This document shows positions 26,081 through 40,332 of a DNA stretch of 64,000 nucleotides, piece by piece (position 1 is the first letter of the stretch; every line of letters begins with the position of its first letter). The notes under the pieces were generated by a model. The model had not been told where the DNA came from. It did no database searches and worked only from the letters and a program-made list of their open reading frames with translations. Where the stretch lies: NCBI RefSeq assembly GCF_006345805.1, contig NC_043018.1:186001-250000 (forward strand). Reading direction: 5' to 3'. The DNA comes from Octopus sinensis (Eukaryota). The position numbers were made by a program, and so were the translations under genes.

Positions 26081-27416
26081 ATACATACATACATATATAT
26101 ATAATATATTATATATATCTATATATATATATATATATATACATACATACATACATACATGCATACATATACACATAGTATGCGTATATATATACACACA
26201 TACATACATGCATACATATATACACATACGTATACCCATGCATACATACACACATATATACAAACATATATGGATGTATCTACGAAGGAAGTAAAACAAA
26301 TAAAATGTGTTTTCCGAACTAGAGGTTCATATTTATATGAGATCTCAACGTAAAGGTTGGAAACAGGACGACAGGTAGAGAAATATAGTGGTGAATTATG
26401 ACCGGAAGAGAGCAACAAGAGAACATTTAGTTACCATGGCAGAAAGAAGACATTATTTCGAAAACAACCCGTACCGGAAGGAACGTCGATCTGCGTAGCC
26501 CCAAACAATGGACACAAAAATTAAATTGATAAACGGCACACATTGCAGGACGTCTCAGTTGTAGCTACTTTCAACAATTGTCGTCGCTTGCTACGAGCAG
26601 TGGTCATTATCAATGAAATCAGAGAGGAAAGGGATATACCTATGTCAATGAAGAATCAACTATTCAAAACCTTTAATGGGAAAGAGTTCCAATTTTGGTA
26701 CAATACCAGTAATTGTAAGGGGGAATAAAGTTAGTGAATTACATCGGCATAACTACTTCAGTGGTAATTTATTTTAACGAGTGTGAAAGAAGGAAAAGAA
26801 AATTTGACATCATCAAGATTTTAACAAATATGACAAAATATATTTTCTTACACTGCAGACGTTCTACCAGTAGTACTCATTACAATACTAGTGGGGGTCT
26901 CTTATATTTGTCTAAAGACAGGAACATGGTGACAGAGATTTGAAGTAAATAGAAACCAAGTATAGAAAGAGAAAAGAAAGAAACGGAGAAAAATGTGCGT
27001 GAAGTAAGAAGGCAATGAGAATATTTAAAGACGGTTATGAAGTAAAATACAGGTTTAAACAAATGATAAAAAGCGTGAACCGGTTAATGTTAAACTCGAC
27101 ATTACACCAACGGTCTCTTAAGTTATTTGATTTCTTCTCATATCGTTATGGGTAGTTGGAGGTAAAAGTCCATCAAGGTGTACATGTATATATTTCTACC
27201 TTTACCAAATTTCTGCCTCACAGCACGTTATATTACATTATAAAATATTGTTATGATATTCATCATAAGTCTTCGTATTTTGCATTTATTTCTCATTATA
27301 GATGGCGCCAGATATCCCACTGTGAGTAATGATTATTTACATCACATGGTGAATATATATGATACATACATGCATATATATATATATATATAGATGTATA
27401 TATTATATATAATATG

Positions 27417-27449
<33 letters not shown>

Positions 27450-27832
27450 ATATATTTTTATATATATAATACATATATATATATACTGATATATATGGAT
27501 ATATATATGATGTGTGTATATGTAATACATACATATATATATATATATGTACGTATATATGTAAGTATATATATGCATATATAAACACACACAAACACAC
27601 AGATACGTATATATAAATATATATATATTCAATATACTTATCCGTCTACCTGTATATATATATATATAAAGACACATTATAAACACACAGACACACGCAC
27701 GCACATATAAACGTGTATATATATATGTGTATACGTATATATATATATGTGTATATGTATATATATATATACACACACATGTTTTTATATATATATGTAT
27801 ATACCTAAATATCTCTCTCTCTCTTTCTATAT

Positions 27833-27873
<41 letters not shown>

Positions 27874-27880
27874 CTATATA

Positions 27881-27956
<76 letters not shown>

Positions 27957-28099
27957 TATATAAATAATATAGAGAGAGAGAGAGATAGAGAGAGAGTAAA
28001 TGAGGCATACAGACAGTGGAAGTAAGAAAGTGAGAGAGGCAGAAAGCGAAAGATACATTAAATGTAAATAAATTAGATTTGAGTCCATGAGAAAATTAC

Positions 28100-28710
28100 A
28101 AGTGAAACTGATACGCGTCTGGACATTGGGAAGATATAATGGAGATGGAATAATATCTCCTAACTTGTGATGTAGAATTGGTTAACTTTATGAAGAAAGA
28201 AAAAGCAAATTTTGCTCTACATTTATAGCTTTGCTCCTGTGCTGCAAATGTTCATCGCAGTTACTTTCCGTTTAGTGTTCAGATGTCACAAGACTAGCGA
28301 AAAGATTTTAGAGTTAAAGTTTAAAAGTTTCTTCTAAATTTAATAAGATTTCAGAAGAGAATCGACATGTTGAATCGTAAACAGTATCACAGAAAATGAA
28401 AGCGGATCAAATATCACATCCGTCCTGATGTAGTATTTTTGTTATTAATAGAAATCACCTACTGAAAAATGTCCGTTTATATTTTCCATCCATCCATCCA
28501 TCCATGCACGGAAAAACCTAATCTGTTTTCCCTTTTTGCAGACATTTCTGTGATACACAATCCCTATTGATCGGCCCCAATTATTATTCACGATCCCTTT
28601 TGACCAGAATTCGCCCCCTTTTTTCCCTTGTCGTCTTCCCAAAAAGAAAAGCCCTACTTTGTATTTTGTGTTCAGTCCTGCGTGGCCAATAAAGAAATCT
28701 ATCTATCTAT
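28100..28710 (+). mobile_element. Degenerate 3' end of an L1/Tx1-like LINE (type F tail)
   Basis: Ends cctgcgtggccaataaagaaatctatctatc. Weak residual ORF2 C-terminal resemblance (KRIDMLNRKQYHRK). Confidence 0.4.
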
Positions 28711-28740
28711 CTCTATTCATATATACATACATACACATAA

Positions 28741-28773
<33 letters not shown>

Positions 28774-28849
28774 TAAATATGTATACATATATAGTTATAT
28801 TTATATACATATAATATATACATGTATATATATATATATATATATAATA

Positions 28850-29044
28850 TAATTCGAGACAAAACCACTATTTTAAAATCAAACATAATTTGATACTGAT
28901 TAGAAGATCGAAAATCACCTGAAGAATGTCAGTTGCAGATAGGAAACAATTGTTAGTGGCGGTTTATTTAATTTATATTAAAATTTTATGTATTGATTAA
29001 GTCTTTCCTTGTTTGATTTAAAATAATGGTTTTGTCTCGAATTA
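28850..29044 (+). mobile_element. ~195-bp element with 36-bp terminal inverted repeats (copy 1)
   Basis: taattcgagacaaaaccactattttaaaatcaaaca ... tgtttgatttaaaataatggttttgtctcgaatta. Confidence 0.85.
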
Positions 29045-29150
29045 ATTAATAATATTTTACAATAAAATTGGATTAACCCTAAATCTGATTTTCCCCTGTA
29101 ATTTTGGATTCATTCCCTAATTTATTATTATTTATATATATATATTATAT

Positions 29151-29194
<44 letters not shown>

Positions 29195-29269
29195 GCATGT
29201 ATATGTATATATATATATATATACATAAAAATAGATACAGCCATATTTATATGTGTATATACACATTAT

Positions 29270-29963
29270 ATATGGTTAATCACCACAAAATACGAAGAAA
29301 AACCCCAAGATGACATTTCATTTTCGGCACTTGATGGATTATCTACCGAAATATTCAGAGAAAGCGATTCTGGAGTAAGCGACGTGAGCCACCCTTAGCC
29401 ACCCCAAAAGCGGGTCTTCACCCTAAAAAAGTCTTGCTTTGGTATGGGGGGGTTGGAAAGGAATTGTATACTATGAGCTTCTCCCAAGTAACCAGACAAT
29501 CAATTCTGAGAAATACTGCACACAACTGGTCGAGTTAAAAGCAGCAATTCAAGAGAAACGTCCAGAATTGGTCAACAGGAATGGTCTTGTTTTCCAACAT
29601 GGTTAATGCAAGACCGCACGTTTCTTTGGGATACCAGAAAAAAATTGCTGTAGCTCGGCTGGGATGTGTTGGCCCACTCTCCATATTCACTAGATATTGC
29701 TCTTCGGATTTTCACTTATTCAGGTCTCTGCTGAATAGTCTTCATGATAAATATTTCACTTCCTTGGATAACTTAAGAAGATACCTTGATGAATTCTTTG
29801 CCATAAAACCACTTCAATTCTGGGAAGAGGGTGTTTTCAAGTTAAAGGACAGATGGAGACGCATTGTGCAACAAAATAGTTCATATTTGGTTGATTAAAA
29901 ATGTAATGGTAAGTATTTGACCTTTTTATTCCTTTAAACATCGATATGAACTTTCTGGAAAAC

Positions 29964-29967
<4 letters not shown>
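29270..29967 (+). mobile_element. Internally deleted mariner (copy 1)
   Basis: HFRHLM joined to IYRNIQRKRFWSK...HPKKV...DFHLFRSL. The right terminus catcgatatgaactttctggaaaacccaa is followed by TA. Confidence 0.9.
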
Positions 29968-30000
<33 letters not shown>

Positions 30001-30074
30001 AATGTGTCCGCAAGTGTACCGTTGGCGATTTTTCTTCCTGCGTCTTTCCTTCTCTGGATCTTTCCTTTTCCTAT

Positions 30075-30109
30075 GTTTCTGACGAAGAGGTCCGCTCGAA
30101 ACGTTAAAC
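30075..30109 (+). ncRNA. Minimal type I hammerhead motif with an extra A after A9
   Basis: GTTT-CTGACGA-A-GAG gtccg CTC-GAA-ACGT-T-AAAC. Helix I 4 bp, helix II 3 bp, palindromic helix III ACGT. Confidence 0.7.
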
Positions 30110-30213
30110 CCTCCTTCTTCCTTCCTTCCTGAATGTTCAATAATACTATATTTGTTCCACGCCCTCGCCTTGTTGTCTCTTCTCTTTGTGTTTTCATTTT
30201 GGATTAACTTTAA

Positions 30214-30246
<33 letters not shown>

Positions 30247-30322
30247 TAAATATGTATACATATATAGTTATATTTATATACATATAATATATACATGTAT
30301 ATATATATATATATATATAATA

Positions 30323-30518
30323 TAATTCGAGACAAAACCACTATTTTAAAATCAAACATAATTTGATACTGATTAGAAGATCGAAAATCCACCTGAAGAA
30401 TGTCAGTTGCAGATAGGAAACAATTGTAGTGGCGGTTTATTTAATTTATATTAAAATTTTATGTATTGATTAAGTCTTTCCTTGTTTGATTTTAAAATAA
30501 TGGTTTTGTCTCGAATTA
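30323..30518 (+). mobile_element. TIR element (copy 2) containing a hammerhead-like motif at 30389-30432
   Basis: CCAC-CTGAAGA-atgtcagttgcagatag-GAA-ACAATTGT-A-GTGG inside 36-bp TIRs. Confidence 0.75.
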
Positions 30519-30605
30519 TATTATATAATATTTTACAATAAAATTGGATTTAACCCTAAATCTGATTTTCCCCTGTAATTTTGGATTCATTCCCTAATAT
30601 TTATA

Positions 30606-30666
<61 letters not shown>

Positions 30667-30749
30667 ATATATCATGTTATGTATATTATATATATATATA
30701 TACATAAAAATAGATACAGCCATATTTATATGTGTATATACACACTTAT

Positions 30750-31442
30750 ATATGGTTAATCACCACAAAATACGAAGAACAAACCCCAAGATGACATTTC
30801 ATTTTCGGCACTTGATGGATTATCTACCGAAATATTCAGAGAAAGCGATTCTGGAGTAAGCGACGTGAGCCACCCTTAGCCACCCCAAAAGCGGGTCTTC
30901 ACCCTAAAAAAGTCTTGCTTTGTGTATGGTGGGGTTGGAAAGGAATTGTATACTATGAGCTTCTCCCAAGTAACCAGACAATCAATTCTGAGAAATACTG
31001 CACACAACTGGTCGAGTTAAAAGCAGCAATTCAAGAGAAACGTCCAGAATTGGTCAACAGGAATGGTCTTGTTTTCCAACATGGTAATGCAAGACCGCAC
31101 GTTTCTTTGGGATACCAGACAAAAATTGCTGTAGCTCGGCTGGGATGTGTTGGCCCACTCTCCATATTCACTAGATATTGCTCCTTCGGATTTTCACTTA
31201 TTCAGGTCTCTGCTGAATAGTCTTCATGATAAATATTTCACTTCCTTGGATAACTTAAGAAGATACCTTGATGAATTCTTTGCCATAAAACCACTTCAAT
31301 TCTGGGAAGAGGGTGTTTTCAAGTTAAAGGACAGATGGAGACGCATTGTGCAACAAAATAGTTCATATTTGGTTGATAAAAATGTAATGGTAGTATTTGA
31401 CCTTTTTATTCCTTTAACATCGATATGAACTTTCTGGAAAAC

Positions 31443-31446
<4 letters not shown>
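30750..31446 (+). mobile_element. Internally deleted mariner (copy 2)
   Basis: LCVWWGWKGIVYYELL, HGNARPH, YSLDIAPSDFHLFRSL...RWRRIVQQNSSY; terminus at 31446. Confidence 0.9.
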
Positions 31447-31477
<31 letters not shown>

Positions 31478-31551
31478 AATGTGTCCGCAAGTGTACCGTT
31501 GGCGATTTTTCTTCCTGCGTCTTTCCTTCTCTGGATCTTTCCTTTTCCTAT

Positions 31552-31586
31552 GTTTCTGACGAAGAGGTCCGCTCGAAACGTTAAAC
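31552..31586 (+). ncRNA. Hammerhead motif identical to 30075-30109
   Basis: Duplicated with the 1.47-kb block. Confidence 0.7.
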
Positions 31587-31707
31587 CTCCTTCTTCCCTT
31601 CCTTCCTGAATGTTCAATATACTATATTTGTTCCACGCCCTCGCCTTGTTGTCTCTTCTCTTTGTGTTTTCATGTTTGGATTAACTTTAAATATATATAT
31701 TATAATA

Positions 31708-31769
<62 letters not shown>

Positions 31770-32442
31770 TACATGTGTGTGTGTACCGTTTTTGAAGTAG
31801 TTGTCCACGTACTCGAATGCATTCATATTTCATTTTTCAGTCTTATTAACGCTTTTTAGCAACAACTTGATTTCTGTATATTTGCCAAAATATTGTTTGG
31901 CGTATGACTAAATTAGTATATACTAATCTCCATCAGTGGGCGTAGTTGATGAATTACAGATACGTGTACAAAAAATCAAGTAATATATTTTAGTTAACAA
32001 GTTGCCGCTTGAAACGTAATTGCACAAATGGTGATAGCAGAATTATTATAGAAGCATACAGATTACGTAGTCTAGTTTGCGTGTATATATACATTCAGCC
32101 AGTCACACCTATATATACATATATGTGTATCCATGTATATATCTAGGCGTATAAATACATACATACTTCTATACCGATATCTATATATATGTATTTATTT
32201 GTATGCGTACGCACGCACACACACACACACACACACAACCACATATCAGTAATATTTGCTATGAATTCTGTCTTTCACAAAATACATTTTTAGTCAATAA
32301 AGCAAAACATAATAGAAAAATGTGTTATATAACTAAACTTCAACTTGTGTTAATGAAAGGTACTTAAGATTTTTTATATATACAGACATAGATACATGCT
32401 TGCACACACATACACACACACACACAACACACACACACACAC

Positions 32443-32496
<54 letters not shown>

Positions 32497-32615
32497 TTCT
32501 TTTATTCTTTCCCATGCTTCATACATTTGATTGCGGCCATGTTAGAACATCGCTTTTTAGTCGAAGGAATCGTCCCCAAGACTTATTCTTTCTAAACCTG
32601 GTACTTATTTTATCA

Positions 32616-32701
<86 letters not shown>

Positions 32702-33072
32702 AGGTGTTAGAGGTTTACTTATTGAATTTGTTTACCGATACTGATGTACACAGGGTAAATGTTTTCTTTTGTCTTAGTTTAAATAATAATGATAGTGTTT
32801 GATCCTTCCTAGAATTAGAACTGAATGAATGTGGTGATATCTAAGGTATGTTTGTTCCCAAACGACACATATTTTAGTGCTGTTGACACCGACGGAGTGA
32901 ATGATATCGCCCAGCTATCGGGTCCATAGTGATATCCGTGAGGCAGCTGATGATGAAGGCATGTTAGATTGTTGGTATGGCTGTTATTGTACGTGCAGTA
33001 TAGTTTTATATCACCTCCATGAATAAATATATATTATATATATATATATATATATATCTATAGATATATATA

Positions 33073-33109
<37 letters not shown>

Positions 33110-33252
33110 ATATAATATATATATATATGTATATGTAATAAATAATTTGGACAAATACGTACAAGTCGATTAATGTGTTTACTGTCGAGTAGAGCACCGG
33201 CACATCCTGGGCTATCTGTTATCATCCACAGTAGTGAGATATATCTTTATCA

Positions 33253-33295
33253 ATGCAACTGATGAGACCCAGATCGGTCAAATCATATTTTGTAT
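33253..33295 (+). ncRNA. Hammerhead remnant lacking G12
   Basis: ATGCAA-CTGATGA-GACC cagatc GGTC-AAAT cat ATT-TTGTAT. Helices I and II are intact. Confidence 0.5.
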
Positions 33296-33350
33296 CCAAT
33301 AAAGGTTTAGTACTGAATCCATCACCTTTTAATATGATATACGTACATAC

Positions 33351-33458
<108 letters not shown>

Positions 33459-33646
33459 CGCCATGATAGATCGTTAGCCACTACATACTTTTTTTCTCTC
33501 CTTGTTTTTCTGTGTCCCTTTCTGTAGAAGAGCGTAGGCTCGAAACGTAAAAGACGTTTTGTATTCCTGAGCGTTATACTAATACATCCGTTTGTTTTGT
33601 ACACCACCTGTTTTCGTCTTATGTTGTTGTTTTCGTAAAGTCTCCC
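33459..33646 (+). mobile_element. ~190-bp PLE pseudo-LTR-like element in (TA)n with hammerhead-like motif at 33518-33553
   Basis: CTTT-CTGTAGA-A-GAGC gtag GCTC-GAA-ACGT-A-AAAG; homologous end to end with 24790-25002. Confidence 0.75.
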
Positions 33647-34324
33647 TATATATATGCGTATGCATGACATATGTATTGTCTTTGAAATGCATGTATATAA
33701 TTACACTCTAATGTATCTGTATATGTTTTTTAGCGAACATTATACAACTCATCTGTTATGAAACGATTTGCCTTGTATACAACTTTCTTCTGTTAAAATA
33801 GAGCTTATGTCTTGTGGGAATATTCACAACAGCTTTTACATTTACAAATAGGCAGGTATTATGTTGCCATTCATTTAAATTCCAGAGTACATTGGCTAAA
33901 CCTATTTGAATGCTCTAACAAAAGAGTACGTAAAATGTGTAGGACTATAGTTTGTCATATCGCTGAAATATAGTATAATATCAATCCATAATATATCTAA
34001 GCTTAATTCTTACTGAAACTCGCTAACACATTGTTTGATAAAAATTCTTATAGCTATATTCTTAATAATGTCGCTCTATTTTACCATATATTCTTGATAC
34101 AGAGATATATGGAAGTTTCGACTATTCTTTTTTATACCTTGTGATTCATGCGTTATTTGGCTTGTATTTCTATTATACCAGGGAAGACGATTTCTTCCCT
34201 TGGTCGAAATCGGATTGGCAATGTTTCCTTTGTTTTCCTTCGAGCAGAAAATGTAAGATTATCCCATATTAGATAATGGGGATAATGGGTGACTTTATTT
34301 CATATCGATTGAGTAAAAGTTGTT

Positions 34325-34545
34325 TACTCTTTACTCTTTACTCTTTTACTTGTTTCAGTCATTTGACTGCGGCCATGCTGGAGCACCGCCTTTAGTCGAG
34401 CAAATCGACCCCGGGACTTATTCTTTGTAAGCCCAGCACTTATTCTATCGTTCTCTTTTGCCGAACCGCTAAATGACGAGGACGTAAACACACCAGCATT
34501 TGGTTGCCAAGCAATGCTAGGGGGACAAACACAGCCACACAAAAC
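34325..34545 (-). mobile_element. SINE type E, 3' half
   Basis: Reverse-complement match to the type E tail. Confidence 0.85.
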
Positions 34546-35478
34546 ATATACACACATGTTGAAGATTATCATCAATTGTTTTTGAAGATTATCATCAATT
34601 TCTTCCAATAATAGGTTTTAATGAAAACCAGATTAAACATAAGTCTTGTCGCTTAGTCTCTCTGACGGCTGCCTGTCTACTTGCTTGTCTTTATGTTTGC
34701 CTCCCTTATCTTTTCACCGATGTTCTTGCTAATTAACTAGCGTAAGGTTAGAACGATCATCGACCGTATCTATCCGGGAAGCCTGCTTGGGTCTGCGAGG
34801 AATTCAGGAATAACAATATCATTGAGATGGCGGATTTGTACTTTAACAATCGAATACACGTCGCCGTTTTTAATCGGTAGAACGAAACGAAAATAAAAAA
34901 CATAAAGAACGAGAGTAGCAAATTGAAAGGTTTACTAGCCATTGAAATGATAAATTATAGAATTGTGATATATATAATTCAGTACATTACACCCAGGCCT
35001 GCCATTATTACATTTTGGAATTAAAAAGAAAAGCAAATATTTATGTAATCTTTAACCAACACCACATAAAATATATCCCATGTCGTATAAAATAAAATTT
35101 CAGGTCAACATTTGTTGTATTTAACATGTTTTTACAGATTGTTTTAAATGAACAGCAGTAACTATAATTGCAAAATATATTTTCACGACTATATAATAAC
35201 ATTCATATTAAGACAAGCATTCCCTTGGAAATATTTTCCTCGATTGCCACAATAAAATTTTCATTCAGAAACAGCAACAGTTATATATTGCATCCATCGT
35301 GCAAATAAATTACCAATTAAAAATGATTAAATCGAATGAAACTTTGCACGAAAGAAACATTACAAGCATTATCCGTAATTTTTTTCGTGCAAACTGCATA
35401 CCTATATACCTATACATTCAAACATATGAATATACAGAGACACGCATACGTGTGCAGAAAATCGGACGCACACTCATA

Positions 35479-36093
<615 letters not shown>

Positions 36094-36099
36094 TCGTAT

Positions 36100-37180
36100 A
36101 GAGTTGCCCTACGACGTGAAGCGTTTTGCAATGTTTCTCACCTGTTTGTAGGTTTCATGGTGATGGCTGAAACGAGGAAACAATGTGCTTCTGTGAAATT
36201 CTGTTTCCTGCCGATAAAAAACTGAAACAGTTGTAATGTTTCATACAGATTAACAGGATTCTGCAATGAACAAACCACAAGTTTATGAGAAGGTTTACAC
36301 GCTTTAGGAATGGTCACTTGTCGTTTGAAGACCTACCTCGTTCAGGGCAACCGCCGACCTTCCGAACGAATGAAAACATCACAAAAATTCATGAACTGAT
36401 CTTGGAGGATCGTCGCCGAATAATTAACGAAATTGTTGATCTGACTTGTGTGTCTTAGAATTCGTGCCAACGAATTTTTGCCGAGGAATTGTGAAAGAGA
36501 AGAGCTGCGGCAAAATGTTTGCCTCGCTTGCGCATGGAAGATCAAAAACAGTCAGCACTGAATCCGTGTCGTGAACTGACAGAACATTTAAATGTTGATC
36601 CTGACCTATTTTAGAAGGTTATCACTGGTGACGAAAGCTGGTGCTACGGCTTCCACCCGGAAATGAGGCAGCAATCAAATCAATGGAAGCATTCAATGCC
36701 ACCACGTCCCCAAAAATCACGTCAAGTGAAGTCCATTGTGAAGACGATGCTGATTTGTTTTATCGAACCGAAAGCAACTGTCCACACAGAATTTGTTTTT
36801 CTTGGTCAGAATGTAAACCACACATTTCCCTTGGCAGTTCGGAAGCATTTTTGAGACTCGGTTAGACGAAAACGCCCCGACATGTGACAAAGGGAGGACA
36901 ATGCGCCAGCGCACACCGCATATAAAAAATGGCATGACCCCACTTATCCACCATCCCTATCCACCCGATCTTGCTCCCTGTAATATTTTTTGTTCTTCCG
37001 AATGAAAAAGTTCTTAAACAGACCGTTTACGGATGTGGAAGAAATGAAAAAAACAATGACGGAGGCGTTAAAAGGAATCATTTCGCAAGAGTTCCAGGAC
37101 TGCTTCGAACAGTAGAAAATGCGTCAGAACCGGTGCAATGTCTTCAGATGAAAAGCTTTTGTGATGGCCAAGATTATACA
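36100..37180 (+). pseudogene. Near full-length mariner transposase pseudogene
   Basis: ATG at 36163; SVKFCFL, EDLPRSGQP, KVITGDESWCYGFHPE, KTMLICF, HPPYPPDLAP; many stops and frameshifts. Confidence 0.9.
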
Positions 37181-38553
37181 TGTAAGACTCAAGAAGAATG
37201 TTGCGATGGAGAAGATGAATCTGATTGAACCTTTTGTGCACAGTTTGTTATAGACCACCACCTTTCTTTTACTGGGCTCAAATCTCATTTGTGGACCTAT
37301 GGAATATGAACCTCTACCAACTACTCTGTGCACACCTTTCAATGCTGTGTATGCCATAAGGTCTGTAAATCTATAGGAAGTTTCAAAAGACATTTTGAGA
37401 TCCACAAACACTAGAACTTAAATGCAGGTCTTGGTTGTCCAAATCAGATATGCAATCTATTTTGGTGACTTTTGGATACAATGTCTTGTTTAAAAAGCCA
37501 CATTAGACGTCATGATGAATCTAAGGTGTAAGGACAAGATGTGGTCAGTCTCTGCATGGGGAGTAGACAACAACCATATATATATACATATATATATATA
37601 TACATATATAGAAGGAGTGTTCAAAAGACTGTCTTCTGAATTACGCAAATTACCCAAACACTCTGAAATGTTCGTATTGGATCTTCCGGCACAAATGCCA
37701 AGCAGTACAACATATCCTTTTCAAATTTCTAGCAGAGTGAAATGCGTCATGGTGCTGTCAGACGGCACCCGACTGACCCTACTATGCTGTGTAGTCGACA
37801 AAATAACAAACAATATGTATGCATGAAATAAAAAATAGAAAATGGCGACAATTTACCCATCGCACCCTATATGTATATATATATATATATACAAAAAGCA
37901 ATAAAGATTCAAGTTAATTTAAATGAATTTACTTGAATATGGTACCTAACTTAGATCAGTAATGTGATTAATGTGGCAAATACCTAATCATATAACAAGA
38001 ATTGATACCTACCTCATTGTGTTCAACCATTGATAAATTTATCGCCTGTGAATATGAAATTCCTCTTCATTTCTCTGGAAACTTACATCTACACCATTGG
38101 AAATTGTGCATCTATACAAAGGATTAATTCACCCTCTCTGTAATGCTAATAAGCAGGAATTGAGACCCACCTCGTTGTGATTAACAATGGATAAATTTGT
38201 CTTCTGTGAGTATGTAATCCCTCATCATATCTCTGGAAATTCATATGTGCTCTATGGATTAGGTCACCTTCTCTGTGATGCTATTAGAACTTTTTTAAAA
38301 TTCTGTGATAAGACTGTACATCATCTTTAAAGAACTTTAATGAACTTTGGAAATCTGTTTATGTTACTTAATTATCTACATTACTTCATGAGTATAGCCT
38401 CAACCACTAGGATGTCTAGAGAACTCACATGTATTTTAGCTGATGAGTACGGGACACGTTTATATGCTGTAATTTTTACAACTTTTAATAAAGCCTGTCC
38501 TTGTATGAAACGATTGTACTAAAAACCTATCCATTCTTGTTGCTTCTTTCTCG

Positions 38554-38608
<55 letters not shown>

Positions 38609-38925
38609 CATCCATATATATATGTGTGTGTATATAGATATGTGCCCCACAGAAATAATTGCATGTTTACATACGTAAAGTAATATGTGATTTCTACAAA
38701 TTCTTTAAATTTGCAGATGAATTAATGAAGAATTGTATTGTCCATCCTTGTCTATCGTATTTTGAGACTGTGCTTCAAGCATCTCTTTTACTCTGTTAAA
38801 CAAGCAAGAATTAACCATATATATCGCCTTACAACGTTTTATTATTGTTAACTATACTTGTCGGATTTGTAGAAGGAAATATCAGTCATTCATTGTACAG
38901 CGCTTAGTTTCTCTCTCTATTTACT

Positions 38926-38986
<61 letters not shown>

Positions 38987-40185
38987 GTGTGTGTGTGTGT
39001 GTGTGTGTGTGTATCTGGTTGTCTCTCGGGCCTACTTTCACTTTCTCTTTGTATATCTACGCGTTCATACACATACATATGTGCATGAATACATACATAA
39101 ACAGCCCGCTACGTCACACATATGTGACACATATTCAGTTCCACACATATGCACACACTGACAGAGCGCCATTAAATACATAAAAAAATATATAAATATT
39201 CATATAGTTACCGCCCTCACCTTCACTGAGTTTGTGTGTGTGTGTATATATATATATACATACATATATATATGTATGTATACAGGCACACACACACCCA
39301 AGACGCGCATATTTCTGTATTAATATATATATATACACCCTCAGACACTCCGTATAGATTATGTGGATGAGTGTGTGCGTGTACAAGTGTGGTCGTTTGC
39401 TTGTGTGTTCACGTGTCTACAGGCCTCTGTATAAGTATTCGAGAGATTTTGTACGCTCTTCTATGTATATATGTGTATGTGTCTCTCTCTCTATATATAT
39501 ATTCGTACGTATACGCGTACACAGGAAACTCAAATAAAGAGATATAGTTAGCTATAGACAGAAGATGTATCTTCATTGAAGAGTTGCCATCAGCAGATAA
39601 CATGAAAAGGTCAACAACTCAGATCAAGTTGAGAATTAAACGAATGTTATTGGGTAATGATAGTTGACACAAGAATGAAAACTCGGAGGAAATGATTCAT
39701 TTACTGTCATAGTCCAACGATAGACTGTCGATCAATATCGACAGTTATTATCGATAAATGTGTACATGACTTGAGAAATGAAAAATTTTCTCTCATCACT
39801 AATTCAATGATTTGATATCGAGGACAGGGAAGAGAGAAATGGATGTGTGGTCACAATTCTACGTGTTCAGATTATCCAACAATGTAACCCTTATCTATAA
39901 ATCGATGAATTGTTTCCTTTGACACACACACACAAACACACACACGCGCACACACACACACACACACAAGCACACACAGACATATAACTCCTCTCTCTCT
40001 CTCTTCATCTGCCTCTTTCACTCTCTGTCTCTCATACACACAGTCATTCCCTCTCATAGACACACACACACACACATGCAGACAAACACAAACACGTATA
40101 CACGCAAATAAACAACGCCACTATACATACATATATGCTTGTGGGTTTTTGGGTGTGTGTAAATATGTATAGACTGATGGAGATA

Positions 40186-40228
<43 letters not shown>

Positions 40229-40280
40229 ATATATATGAATCTATATATTTACATAACTATATATATAAATATATATACCT

Positions 40281-40332
<52 letters not shown>

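Larger units (their letters stand above)
28738..31687. repeat. Tandem duplication of a ~1.47-kb block (28738-30210 and 30211-31687)
   Basis: Same order in both copies: TIR element, mariner remnant, hammerhead element. Both start at taaatatata; differences are almost all 1-nt indels. Confidence 0.95.

Noticed and set aside
34182-34252. 71-nt plus-strand exon candidate
   Set aside because: All frames are open and none is recognisable; no neighbouring exon support.
37999-38287. Old two-unit tandem repeat (~130-160 bp)
   Set aside because: A real but highly diverged duplication with no structure or ORF; not a CRISPR-like array.
39724-39745. Perfect 9-bp hairpin
   Set aside because: No downstream CTRR for a Helitron end; expected occasionally by chance.
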